Positions 55,701 to 64,000 of a stretch of DNA of 64,000 nt are shown piece after piece; the first letter of the stretch is position 1, and each line of letters begins with the position of its first letter. The stretch covers positions 172,439,619 through 172,503,618 of the forward strand of contig NC_068981.1 of NCBI RefSeq assembly GCF_001194135.2, given 5' to 3'. Source of the stretch: Octopus bimaculoides (taxonomy: Eukaryota). The position numbers and the translations under genes were made by a program. Below the pieces are notes generated by a model. It made no database searches and was not told where the DNA came from. It saw nothing but the letters and a program-made list of their open reading frames with translations.

Positions 55701-58700
55701 TCATTGACATCTGAAAGCCAGTATGTATCATTAAATATCAATTACTTTGACAAAAAAAGTTATTTTGTTTGCTTTCCTCTTGACAAATTTGAATATTTAC
55801 ATGAAAGTTATTGGTAAGTATGAGCTTTCAAACCCATGACTGAGATTATTGCAAGTATCAGATGTTAAGATTAGAGACAAGGTGGCCAACAGAAGTAGAA
55901 TGGTCATTCAATAATCAAGATGCTAAGCTATTGATCCAGATATCCTAAGTTCTAATTCTGAAATTGGTTCATAGCTATTCACATTATGTCATCAAGGAGT
56001 AAAAAAGAGACTACTTCTATTTCATGGTTGTTTGTTATTAGCAAATATATCCAACTTCGTAATTAGGTGTGGAAGAGGTGTACTAACCAAAGTTTTTTTT
56101 TTTTTTTTTTTTTGCACAGTTGAACTTAAATTCCTTCAAGAGTAAACAACAATAAACAGACATCTGAGAGAAACAATATTTTTCAACCACATACATCATT
56201 GATAAGCTCATATACTGGCATTCTGTTGGTTATGATGATGAGGGTCCCTGTTGATCTGATCAACAGAACAGCCCCTCGTGAAGTTAATGTGCAAGTGGCT
56301 GAGCACTCCACAGACACACATACCCTTAACATAGTTCTCAAGGAGATTCAATGTGACAAAGCTGGCCCTTTGAAATAAAGGTACTTCTCATTTTTGCCCT
56401 CTGAGTGGACTGGAGCAACATGAAATAAAGTATCTTGATCAAGGTCACATGTCGCCAGGAATCGAACCTTATGATTATGAGTCGAATACCCTAACCACTA
56501 ATCCACACACCTTCACTAGGCTCAGATACACACATTTTCTGGTGACAGTGGAAGCTGAAAAGGATAAAAAGACAACTGTACTTACAAGTACAAAAACTGA
56601 AGGAATTTTCATTTTTACTGTATAATAGAATATTTTTTCTTTCTCTGGCTATTTCAAACTATTAGGGAAATATATATCTTTAATTTTTCTTACAGCAAGG
56701 AAATTATTGCTATTCTAGAAAATGCTGAAACCAGTGTTGACAATGAACCAAAATTTTATCCTGGCTTTTCAACAGTATCCAATGATGTTGAGAAAAATAC
56801 AGGTAATATATATTTCACTATCTGAACAGATTTTAAACTGTGGATTCATCTTCCAAAGCAGCAACTTTAAACATAAATAAGATCAGTCAATGTCTACATT
56901 TGTGAGATTTTGAACAAGTATTCTTATCTACAAAATGTAAGGATATTTTTCTGTTACAGTTGTAAAATTAGTGTTGATTTTTATGATTTTAATTTTCCAG
57001 AAGCTAAATCATCAGATGTTCAGCATACTGAAACCAACGAGGAGAGAGATATCGACAGACAAAAATAGTAAGCAACACTTTTATGATGAATCATTATATC
57101 TTTGTGAATGTTAATTTATGAAGCTAAGCTGAAAAGTTCATTGTCTGACCAAGATGCTTTCATGAAATGTCACCAAATGAGGTTTATTTTACTACATAGT
57201 CCCATTTGTAGTCCACACACTTCTTCGGTTAGTGTTGCAGTGCTTGGATTCCATTAATGAAGAAGCTTTCATCCAGTTTGTCAAACGATTCATCAACAGA
57301 TATGACCACTGTGATACTAGTTCCCGGCCAAGTGTTTTTTTTTTATGTTGGGGAACAGATGATAGTCAGATGAGGCCAAATCAGGAAAATAGGGTGGTTG
57401 ATCAATCAGTTCAAAGCCATAGTCATGCACAGCAGCCATTGAAACCAAGGATTTGTGTCCTGATGAAACAAGATTTCTTTTGTCAGTTTTCCTGGGTGTT
57501 TGGTCTTGATAGCTTTTTGTAACTGCCTCAGCAAGTTGGCAAAGTACTCTCCATTGATGGTGTGGCCCTTTTGAAGATAGTCAATAAACACAGTGCCTTT
57601 TGCATTCCAAAAAACTGAGGTCATCATCATCTCTACTGATGAAACGGCCTTGGCCTTCTTTGGAGCAGGTAAGGAGGGGTGTTTCCTCTGCATGGTTTGT
57701 CTCTTTGTCTTTGGCTCAAAGTGATGAAACCAACACTCATCCTGGTTCAAGGAAACCAGCTGGATCTGCCTCGATAATATCAAATTTTCCTCATGATGTT
57801 ATCAGCCTCGTACATTTTTGATCAAGTTTCAGAAGATGTGGCACCCACTTTTGTCATGTCAAGTTCATTGTGCAGAATATTCTCAACTCTCTCACGGGAG
57901 ATGCTAATGGCATCGGCTATTTGATTTATAGTCAGTTGTCTGTCATCCATCAGCATGTGAACATGATCAATGTTTCCCTCAGTGGTGTCAACTGCAGGAT
58001 GTCCAAACCTTAGGTCATCTTCAAAACTCTCCCTTCCCTTCCTAAACTCAGCTGCCTACATTTGCACTGTTGATAAAGCATCATCCCCTAATGTAGCATG
58101 AATGTCTTTGGGGGCTAAATCCCTTTTCTGCAGGTACTTGATAACACTATGATGCCAAATTTTGTCCATTTTCTAGAGAATTTGCTACCAGTTACTTTTG
58201 AAGTCTTCTTTGAACAGTCAGATGTCAGTTTACCTGGAAAGAAGCAATACTGTTATTAATAAGAAGAGATGAAATTAATCCATGCAAGATTTCACAGCTC
58301 TACCATCACTCCTTCATAATCAACCCATGAATTTTTCAGCCCACCCTTGTAAGATTATAGTTTTAAAGCAAGTTTAAGTTTAAGCAACATAACATTCACT
58401 GATGAGAAGACTAAATAGTAACAGTAGAGTCAAATCTATTATATAATTCATTTTGACAAGGACTTCAATTTTCACCAGGCTAGATGAATAAGCAATCAGC
58501 TGAAATAAAGAACATTAAGTATATTTGTAGTTGCTGTTATTAGAAATTACTTTAGTTTCTAAATATCTTCTAGATTTTACTTCTGTAATTGCAAGTACTT
58601 AAAATTCTTCATGGTTATTTCTATTTGTTTTAATCTCTTTGTAGCATAGGCTTGCTGCAGCAAAGAATAAACACTAATAAGTTGTTACAACAACAAGTGG

Positions 58701-58762
58701 ACAAGCAGCTGCAAGATATGCAGCAAAAGTCAGCAACAAGGAAAGTTAAGACACAAACCTGA
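17783..58762 (+). CDS. CCDC18: Coiled-coil domain-containing protein 18 orthologue, 29 coding exons, 1363 aa
   Basis: 29 GT-AG exons join in phase to 4092 nt without stops. Colinear motifs recalled from human CCDC18: QDQSLREAEERYEKAQK vs QDKVLREAENKLEQSQK; KHSLIDEN vs KFSLMNEN; DKEAKIQQL vs IKEAEIQKL; QELRLAREQLQN vs QELRLTREQVQN. Needs BLAST confirmation. Confidence 0.82.
19692..19839 (+). CDS. CCDC18: CCDC18 exon 2
   Basis: SQDFWYKNSLDQ...ASTPKKH; weak donor gtacta, phase fits exon 3. Confidence 0.7.
21001..21092 (+). CDS. CCDC18: CCDC18 exon 3
   Basis: NKKSNEPIKNKYQEKLDLLQTELKIQDQSL(R). Confidence 0.75.
23340..23468 (+). CDS. CCDC18: CCDC18 exon 4
   Basis: EAEERYEKAQK...KQRNL; ctacag/gtaagg. 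Confidence 0.9.
24460..24526 (+). CDS. CCDC18: CCDC18 exon 5
   Basis: EKEDTRKHFESYKRNIEEKCHL. Confidence 0.88.
25246..25346 (+). CDS. CCDC18: CCDC18 exon 6
   Basis: LESKILNLNKERDNLLQNIHELESNLKKYENQI(R). Confidence 0.9.
26564..26664 (+). CDS. CCDC18: CCDC18 exon 7
   Basis: KIHDKNEQEIQEKHSLIDENALLKRELKSAKFT. Confidence 0.9.
26780..26945 (+). mobile_element. tRNA-derived SINE (family B), representative copy
   Basis: GGCGCAGGAGTGGCTG...GGGTTCAGTCCCACTG...GAAAGAAGCCCGTCG then (TA)n; other copies at ~24567(+), 30985(+), 7830(-), 22900(-), 43790(-), 63008(-). Confidence 0.8.
27296..27498 (+). CDS. CCDC18: CCDC18 exon 8 (alternative in-frame donor at 27442)
   Basis: SVIESTSSELENMRQENCHLQ...NPPQH; donor gtatgt. 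Confidence 0.8.
28263..28408 (+). CDS. CCDC18: CCDC18 exon 9
   Basis: VTKPEQNDSGILSWRPD...SSLLTDI(Q); 3' boundary (gttagt) chosen by phase fit. Confidence 0.65.
29131..29243 (+). CDS. CCDC18: CCDC18 exon 10
   Basis: NKFADKEAKIQQLQAFNQSLAASKEEWLKVENQEADN; donor gtaagt. Confidence 0.85.
30126..30346 (+). CDS. CCDC18: CCDC18 exon 11
   Basis: KRKITELSESNNYLSKQLDEL...CQLEKK. Confidence 0.9.
31446..31697 (+). CDS. CCDC18: CCDC18 exon 12
   Basis: LREKSHEIVTLDAQLSERMRDF...DKLIES; donor gtaagc. Confidence 0.92.
31916..32526. mobile_element. MITE with perfect 37-bp TIRs, 8-bp TSD ATTTTTTT and internal (CCCTAA)4 tract
   Basis: TIRs 31916-31952 and 32490-32526; TSD 31908-31915 and 32527-32534; inner 20-bp inverted repeat 32081-32100 / 32348-32367. 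Confidence 0.9.
33345..34490 (+). mobile_element. Truncated CRE-clade-like non-LTR retrotransposon reverse transcriptase (pseudogene)
   Basis: Motifs DGLWPQHLKD, LFFGAKL, QVGV...EAVAHA, KLDLKNAFNSISR, GVQQGDPLGPALF, HLDD, GLQVNSSKCE, LGAP, KLLYLLR across three frameshifted ORFs. Confidence 0.8.
34704..34838 (+). CDS. CCDC18: CCDC18 exon 13
   Basis: LQRKSDEQQVVMEDLLKQVDIL...EQETSQ. Confidence 0.9.
35666..36055 (-). mobile_element. tRNA-headed SINE (family D) with (CAA)n tail
   Basis: Minus-strand head with A box TGGCCCAGTGG and B box GGTTTCGATTCC; partial copies at ~56215-56515, 42960-43170 and 37930-38060. Confidence 0.8.
36540..36734 (+). CDS. CCDC18: CCDC18 exon 14
   Basis: KLIQKNEELENMQKQLD...LALKNSK; donor gttggt. 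Confidence 0.88.
36741..37700 (-). mobile_element. 5'-truncated R4/Dong-like retrotransposon: CCHC knuckle + restriction-like endonuclease ORF, (CAA)n tail
   Basis: ORF 36850-37698 with WDWL..G.LKET..TI.A.QDQ.L, CCICNRVDETVAHIKNEC, HNKPD...VVDVACPFD...K; the tail runs to the exon 14 donor. Confidence 0.88.
38440..39300 (-). mobile_element. Highly decayed LINE (RTE-like) remnant
   Basis: Fragment GL*GVETF...KCLKRRIL resembles the post-RT YG.ETW...KCLRRIL motif; many stops; boundaries approximate. Confidence 0.35.
39734..39901 (+). CDS. CCDC18: CCDC18 exon 15
   Basis: EQSLVNQIKQLEQSLKEKEQQ...STLKE; donor gtaagt. Confidence 0.92.
39989..40098 (+). repeat. 20-bp minisatellite (TTTTAGGTATCTTTGTACAA)n spanning a 10-N gap
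   Basis: About 5 identical units visible; true copy number unresolved. Confidence 0.9.
40202..40344 (+). CDS. CCDC18: CCDC18 exon 16
   Basis: ISRHEKHIVIERSKRMELELILKNKCDQLQKL...DTV(R). Confidence 0.88.
42659..42822 (+). CDS. CCDC18: CCDC18 exon 17
   Basis: DLQQAKDNLTEHSCNITSQLQKEL...QQLINS. Confidence 0.9.
44113..44210 (+). CDS. CCDC18: CCDC18 exon 18
   Basis: DKMKEQIKFQEEQIALTTKENNNLHQVVAALQ. Confidence 0.9.
44578..44973 (+). repeat. Long pure (CTT/GAA)n trinucleotide tract flanking an N gap
   Basis: More than 30 uninterrupted units on each side of gap 44688-44870. Confidence 0.95.
46253..46368 (+). CDS. CCDC18: CCDC18 exon 19
   Basis: AKVSNQNFEKQESKRNIENLEYNLKAKEELLEDTRDAI(K); donor gtgagt. 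Confidence 0.9.
46990..47305 (+). mobile_element. Tc1/mariner-superfamily transposase C-terminal remnant
   Basis: FWPPNSFNCNPMDYYGW...KEVF...C..F...LEAMVEAEGSYF, a decayed WPP.SPDLNP.DY motif. Confidence 0.75.
47932..48031 (+). CDS. CCDC18: CCDC18 exon 20
   Basis: KLQTELNLKKEENDDLQSTIREQHLQLEERAQK. Confidence 0.9.
49278..49394 (+). CDS. CCDC18: CCDC18 exon 21
   Basis: VAELVKSMSDYRIEMENRVKDGKNLLDQEQIDIKNKMKQ. Confidence 0.9.
51595..51738 (+). CDS. CCDC18: CCDC18 exon 22
   Basis: IVQYREQYQKTVEGLQ...IENSAK. Confidence 0.9.
51889..52086 (+). CDS. CCDC18: CCDC18 exon 23
   Basis: TIQNQTLKEKELVEYKAEITQELRLAREQLQNQ...TATLN. Confidence 0.9.
53468..53611 (+). CDS. CCDC18: CCDC18 exon 24 (internal in-frame donor at 53504)
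   Basis: TKQTEISKLTENVSILRLEKIKSESKMSTEIKQLQQEIKMEQQTHSME. Confidence 0.8.
54299..54526. mobile_element. piggyBac-like MITE with TTAA TSD
   Basis: TTAA 54299-54302 and 54523-54526; same family as 8766-8930. Confidence 0.75.
54593..54805 (+). CDS. CCDC18: CCDC18 exon 25
   Basis: LERLKETNLLLQKNKEDV...GNETIVLK. Confidence 0.9.
55548..55720 (+). CDS. CCDC18: CCDC18 exon 26
   Basis: DIEISKLKSDLTNMEK...SLTSES(H); donor gtatgt. Confidence 0.87.
56696..56802 (+). CDS. CCDC18: CCDC18 exon 27
   Basis: KEIIAILENAETSVDNEPKFYPGFSTVSNDVEKNT. Confidence 0.85.
57001..57067 (+). CDS. CCDC18: CCDC18 exon 28
   Basis: AKSSDVQHTETNEERDIDRQK then TA|gtaagc. Confidence 0.82.
57119..58349 (-). mobile_element. 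Full-length decayed mariner transposon in the last CCDC18 intron
   Basis: Degenerate TIRs (GCTGAAAAGTTCA / TGAATTTTTCAGC), TA on both sides, 1231 bp; pseudo-transposase from ATG 58169 with DECWFHHFEP, VFW...G, FHQD. Confidence 0.9.
58645..58762 (+). CDS. CCDC18: CCDC18 exon 29 (terminal)
   Basis: (Y)IGLLQQRINTNKLLQQQVDKQLQDMQQKSATRKVKTQT*; phase 2 fits exon 28. Confidence 0.8.
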
Positions 58763-60549
58763 AGCATAATCTTTCTAAAATGAATCAGTGTTTTTTTTCT
58801 AACATTTTCCACAAGAAAATCCAAGAGAAACTTTGAAAGCAGCTGAGATATAAAGTCAGAAGGGATAATTTACAAGATTTGTGTTATCTATTGGCTGTTC
58901 TGTCATGGTCTCAGGATGCAGACCTAAATGCAGCCTAACTCTCTAAGCACTTTCACTCCGTCCTCTACTAAATGTGTAAAAAAATAACATCTAAAACAAC
59001 CTGGTAGTTGTTGAAGTGTAAATAAGAGCCAAATATGTCGGAAATGTATAATTAAATATCACTAACAGTGTATCAAGTATATTATCAAAATGGTAGTTTT
59101 CTTTTTGATTAACTTCAATTTATGTCTGAGATTATCCTGGATTCCTTCTTTCTCACTTTTGTCTATTGTAACTGAGTGAAGCATTTCATACATGCTTTCA
59201 AATCTACATTTTACCAATTATAGTAAAACTATAAGTTCAATCCAAGGTGTAACAGTCATGAGCTGTTGCAATTACTATGTGCACCTGTCTCCCAGTGTTA
59301 AAGGCTGTCTAGGTTGGTCATACCTCACCAGAGACAAGAGTTTGTATAATCACAATTGAACATATTTTGATAAATTACTCTAATTTATCAACTAATGATT
59401 TATACAGTGAACCTATTCAAACCCTACAAACATGGATAAACAGATCGTAATGATTATATATGTTTATATATAAATACATAGATATTTTTGAAAGGCTGTT
59501 TGTTACGGCCAGTTAGAGAGTGACCATTTGTTTCACATCTATAAAGCACTTAGCTGTATAGGAGATGTGTCAGACTTAAATGATCAGAGGCAAATAACCT
59601 CTTACAACTGGAAGATGGAAAACATCATCATTTGGTAATTTTGTAAACAAAAAATTCCCAGATGTTTCCTCCTTTCAGCTGTAGTGAGGTTATATGTTTC
59701 TAGCCATTTGAGTCTGACAAGTTGCCTATCATGCTAAGTGCTGTATAGGCGCAAAACCACTGGTCACTCTTTGGCAGGCCATAACAAAAACCTTCTAAAT
59801 ATACTACCGCTCTGTTTTAGAGTGTGCTTCTTTTTCGGATATATGAATTACTGACACACACACACACACATATATATTTAAGATCCAGGGATTGAGATGT
59901 AGGAAGAAAGTTAGCTTCAAGCAATCCATAGTAAATATAAAAAAACAACTTTCAGAGACAATAATTGTTTATTGAGATGGTTGTGGGTTTTTTTCCATAT
60001 CGAACATGACAAACTGAAAATAATTCTTTTTATATTTCACAATGCGAATAAGAATACAAGAGTTAAGGAATGGAGTAGATAAGATCCAGGCTACATATGT
60101 ATCATAGTGAGCGGAGCCTCAGAAGTGGTAAATATCCAAGTGAGATTTATACTGCAGGCTACTCTTCAGGCCAAGGATTCTGATTGAATCTTCCATGTGT
60201 TAACATGCGACAATGTAAACTTTCATTTAATCACAATATCCTTGGCCTGAAGAGTATACACCTCGCTTGGTGTATATTTACCACTTCTGAGGTTCTGCCC
60301 GCTATGAAACATATGTTGCCCAGATCTTATCTACTCCATTCTTTAATTATTGCATGTATATATATATATATATATACATATATATTAGTAAAAACCACAA
60401 CATCTGTAGCCAAATATAAGGGGTTGTTTTATTCAGTTAATAACTGGAGGATTGAGAAAAAAAAAGGCTTAATTTTGATACTAAACACCATAAATATTCC
60501 TAACAAACACTCACTACCAGAAAAAAAATAATTTCAGTCAGCAATAGTA

Positions 60550-61773
60550 TGATAAATGTAATAAAGACTTTATTTATATATTAAAGAAAATCAACACAAC
60601 TCTGAAAAATATTTAACATTTACTTTATTATTTCTAATAGAGAAATCCAACAACATTTTTTAAATTTAATTTTTTTTTCTTTAAATAAATGTGAACAGTA
60701 ATATAAATTAACAAATTTAGCCACAATTTCTTTTTATCTTGTTTGCAAGTGATTAACACTTCTATGTGAACACGATATCAATATAAGCATGTTTCAATAA
60801 AATATAATAACCAAATTAACGACAATACAATTAATATACACATATATCACAATGTACTATATACAAACAAAATTGAAGCATAAATTACAGTTAGATAAAT
60901 GTTAGGCATCCATCATGAGATTTTAGATGAAGAGGAAAAAAAATAGCCTTCTAAATTGATATTTTAGTTGTAGAAGCATATAAGAGTATTTAAAAATATT
61001 TGATGGTTCAGCTATTAACAGTTGAATCGTTAAAATCTTCCAACATTTAAATAGAAGAGAAATTGATTACTTCACAACAGTAAATGGTAAATGTTAATAT
61101 GGCAAATACTTAATTGAAATAAAGTAAGCTGTAAACAGTTGAATATGCTAGATTGTTCAACCAATGATGAAGACTAAGTGAAAGCTTACAAGGGATTTTA
61201 TAGTAAATATTTCAAATAGCTCTCAGTTTGGAGTTGTAAAATGTACTGACTCCATAAAAAAGTTTATTCCTTAGCTAAAAGAGAAATATCTTTTTGAAAG
61301 AATTGAGAGAAAACTAAAGATTCAGATAAAGATTTTCAATTTTAGAAAAAAGATTTTAGATTATGTTTCAAGTTTGAAATTAGTGCATGCTATACTATTC
61401 ATTAGTGTTTTCAGAGCAAACATTACAACATTTAAATCTTAAAAATCTTATTAAAGTGCCAAATTTGCTGTAAATATTAAATTGAAATGCTTCTCATCAT
61501 TTTAATATGAGGCATTTACAATTAAAAAAACTGTAAAAAAAAAAAATTGAGTAAACCATTTTGTATCAATCAGATCTAAAATTTAAACCAGTTAAAAATT
61601 CAATAAAGACATATGTATTTCTTTAAATTACAATGTGTCATAGATAAGAAAAAGTTATCCAAAATTTAAATTAAAATAAAAGAACCATCAAAATATATCC
61701 AGAAAAAAAAAAAAAAAAACTTTCTTAAAAGTATTTAGTTAAATACCTGTTTTGGGGGGGAGAGAGGGAGATT

Positions 61774-61807
<34 letters not shown>

Positions 61808-62296
61808 GGATACAAAACATCATTTGCCTTTCAACAATTTGAAAGGCAAATCATGGTAGTGTGAAAAAATGTTTTTAAAGAAACATTTAATATATTTAGT
61901 AAAAAAAGAAAAAAAAATTAAAATAATTTACTAAGGTTGTAATTATGACTAGTTCATGTCCAAAAGATGCCCCTGATGAAAATCAGTCAAATAGGCATCT
62001 GTGTGACCTCATCAGGTTGCTACAATAATGTCCATCTTGATATAAATTCATGCACAGCCTGGTAGAGAAATGAAAAGAAGCATTGCTTCTAATAAGTGAA
62101 AAACCATGTCTTACATATTGTGGATCATGCAATAGTGAAAAATAATGGTAAAATTTACAAAATTAATAGACTAAGAAAATTCCCTTTCTAATTGTCGTAG
62201 AATGCACTAACAAATGAATAGGAATGCCAACATAGAATGAATGTGAAAGGTGCTGCTTGCTGTACACCATGTGAATTTTCAAATGATTTTCCAAAT
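60550..62296 (-). other. STXBP1: Probable terminal 3'-UTR exon of Munc18
   Basis: Acceptor atttgttttcag| at 62297-62298; ~1.75 kb AT-rich and free of the SINEs seen in introns. Confidence 0.6.
60569..60574 (-). terminator. STXBP1: Probable Munc18 polyadenylation signal
   Basis: AATAAA on minus followed by U/GU-rich sequence; ends a repeat-free AT-rich stretch. Confidence 0.55.
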
Positions 62297-62814
62297 CTGA
62301 AAACAAATAAAAAAAATCTAAGTAAAATTCTTGTAATACATCCATCTTTGGTAAGTGTTTTTCTACATAAGTGACAATAACAAAATGCTATTTATATTTG
62401 AATGAAGATTAACTTAATATTTATTTTGAAATTAATATCGAATAAAAGTGTATCTTTTACTTGTTTCAGTCATTTGACTGTGGCTTTTGGTTGAACAAAT
62501 CAATCCCTGGTCATTTTTTAATTTTTTTATTTAAAGCCTCATACTTATTCTACTGGTTACTTTTTCAATACCTCTAGGTTATGGGGATGCAAACACACAT
62601 ACATAGATATATACTTTTATATATATGTATGTGTATATATATATATACTTTTATATATATATATATATATATAAAAATCAAAACTGCAACAACAATCTGG
62701 AACTCAACTGATGATAGAAAGCTCCAAATGACCTGTCCTTTTTTTGTATTGTCTAACTGTCCAGATGTTTTGTTGTTGCCTGTTACATTCTTGTTCCATT
62801 TTTTGTTTTGTTTT

Positions 62815-62845
<31 letters not shown>

Positions 62846-63287
62846 GTGTGTGTGTGTGTGTGTTGCAAGATTCCTGATGTAAAATCGTGTGTTGAAACAT
62901 GTATTTTGGCATGCTCTTCTTTTTTTTAGTCAAATATAGTGTGTGCATTTATTTGGCAATAAAAAATAAAAATGACCATTCCGAAATACAACACACGCAC
63001 ACACACAATGGGCTTCTTTCAGTTTCCATCTACCAAATCCAGTCTTAAGGCTTTAGTCAGCTCAAGGCTATAGAAGACACTTGCCCAAGCTGCCATGCAG
63101 TAGAACTGAACCCCAAACCATATGGCTGGGAAGCAAGCTTATCACACAGTCACGCCTGCACCTATGTATATTCACAAAGCTTGTATATTTTCTATGGAAA
63201 ATGAACAAAATATACATAAATTACAGACAGTGATTTACCACACAATATATAAATTGAGATAGTAAAAACTCACAGCTATTGCTTCAA

Positions 63288-63352
63288 TTAGGGATTGCTA
63301 ATCTTGCGGAGATCTCGTAGAAGACCTTCTGGTGTTAGGATATGGGTTGCAC
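63288..63352 (-). CDS. STXBP1: Munc18/nSec1 last coding exon
   Basis: tttcag|GT GCA...: (G)ATHILTPEGLLRDLRKISNP*. Confidence 0.95.
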
Positions 63353-63461
63353 CTGAAATTCATAAATGTAGATTTATAAGAATCAAAAATACTGAAAATC
63401 AACTATTATTAAAATCCAACTAATTTAAGGAAAATCATTAGAATATCAAATGGTTACAGAC

Positions 63462-63616
63462 CCAGAATAACTTCCCAGTTCTTGACAGCCTGTGTCACTT
63501 CATAGGCACTTCGCATTTCGGAATAAGCAATACCACCCACCACAAATATTATCAGGCGAGGACCGCTCTTGTAGCTTGCTTGACCTTTGTCTTTATGCCA
63601 GTGTCCGTAACGGACA
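63462..63616 (-). CDS. STXBP1: Munc18/nSec1 (syntaxin-binding protein 1, unc-18/Rop) penultimate coding exon; gene continues beyond the window
   Basis: [52 protein letters not shown], the diagnostic Sec1/Munc18 C-terminal motif. Confidence 0.96.
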
Positions 63617-63717
63617 CTACAAAACAAAGCAAAAAAAAAAATTCATCAGAAAAGTTTTCAAAAATGATTTGACTATACAAATTTTAACAAGAAAATCAAA
63701 AAACACTTAATGGAATA

Positions 63718-64000
63718 TCATCATCATCATTTAACGTCCACTTTCCATGCTAGCATGGGTTGGACGATTTGACTGAGGACTGGTGAAACCGGATGGCAAC
63801 ACCAGGCTCCAGTCTGATTTGGCAGAGTTTCTACAGCTGGATGCCCTTCCTAACGCCAACCACTCAGAGAGTGTAGTGGGTGCTTTTACGTGTCACCCGC
63901 ACGAAAACGGCCACGCTCGAAATGGTGTCTTTTATGTGCCACCCGCACAAGCCAGTCCAGGGGCACTGGCAACGATCTCGCTCGAAAATCCTACAGGAGC
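63718..64000. mobile_element. Family A repeat, CpG-intact (young) copy
   Basis: (CAT)n TTAACGTCCACTTTCCATGC...CTGGATGCCCTTCCTAACGCCAACC; retains CpGs lost in other copies. Confidence 0.8.

Noticed and set aside
60560-60574. Back-to-back AATAAA on both strands suggesting overlapping CCDC18 and Munc18 3' ends
   Set aside because: The plus-strand signal lacks a downstream GU-rich element, and CCDC18 has a nearer ATTAAA at 59051-59056; easily a chance motif in AT-rich DNA.
63601-63617. 7-bp hairpin GTGTCCG-TAA-CGGACAC at a Munc18 splice acceptor
   Set aside because: Short, with a 3-nt loop, and explained by codons for the conserved VRYGH; no further support.

Overview
AT-rich, repeat-laden animal genomic DNA, most likely an octopod cephalopod (repeat families, and a Munc18 C-terminus that matches squid nSec1 as I recall it). 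Three protein-coding genes were reconstructed by hand from splice signals and reading phase. (1) RPL5 on the minus strand: complete, 8 coding exons, 296 aa, CDS 17174..7540, with a TCT/TOP start. (2) A head-to-head plus-strand gene: 29 phase-consistent exons, 1363 aa of coiled coil, CDS 17783..58762, identified as a CCDC18 orthologue. (3) The last two coding exons and 3' UTR of Munc18/nSec1 (STXBP1/unc-18/Rop) on the minus strand at the right edge. Introns and flanks carry SINEs, two MITEs with 8-bp target-site duplications (one holds a telomere-type tract), piggyBac-like MITEs, a full-length decayed mariner, a CRE-clade RT remnant and two R4/Dong-like remnants. No confidently new biological system was found. 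The best leads are the RPL5-CCDC18-Munc18 linkage with a shared promoter, a perfect 21-bp hairpin, a diverged tandem duplication at 1-3 kb, and a 3'-UTR intron plus pseudoknot-like element in Munc18. All homology calls are from recalled motifs, not database searches. N gaps lie at 357-366, 22230-22666, 40039-40048, 44688-44870, 49704-49727 and 55232-55286.
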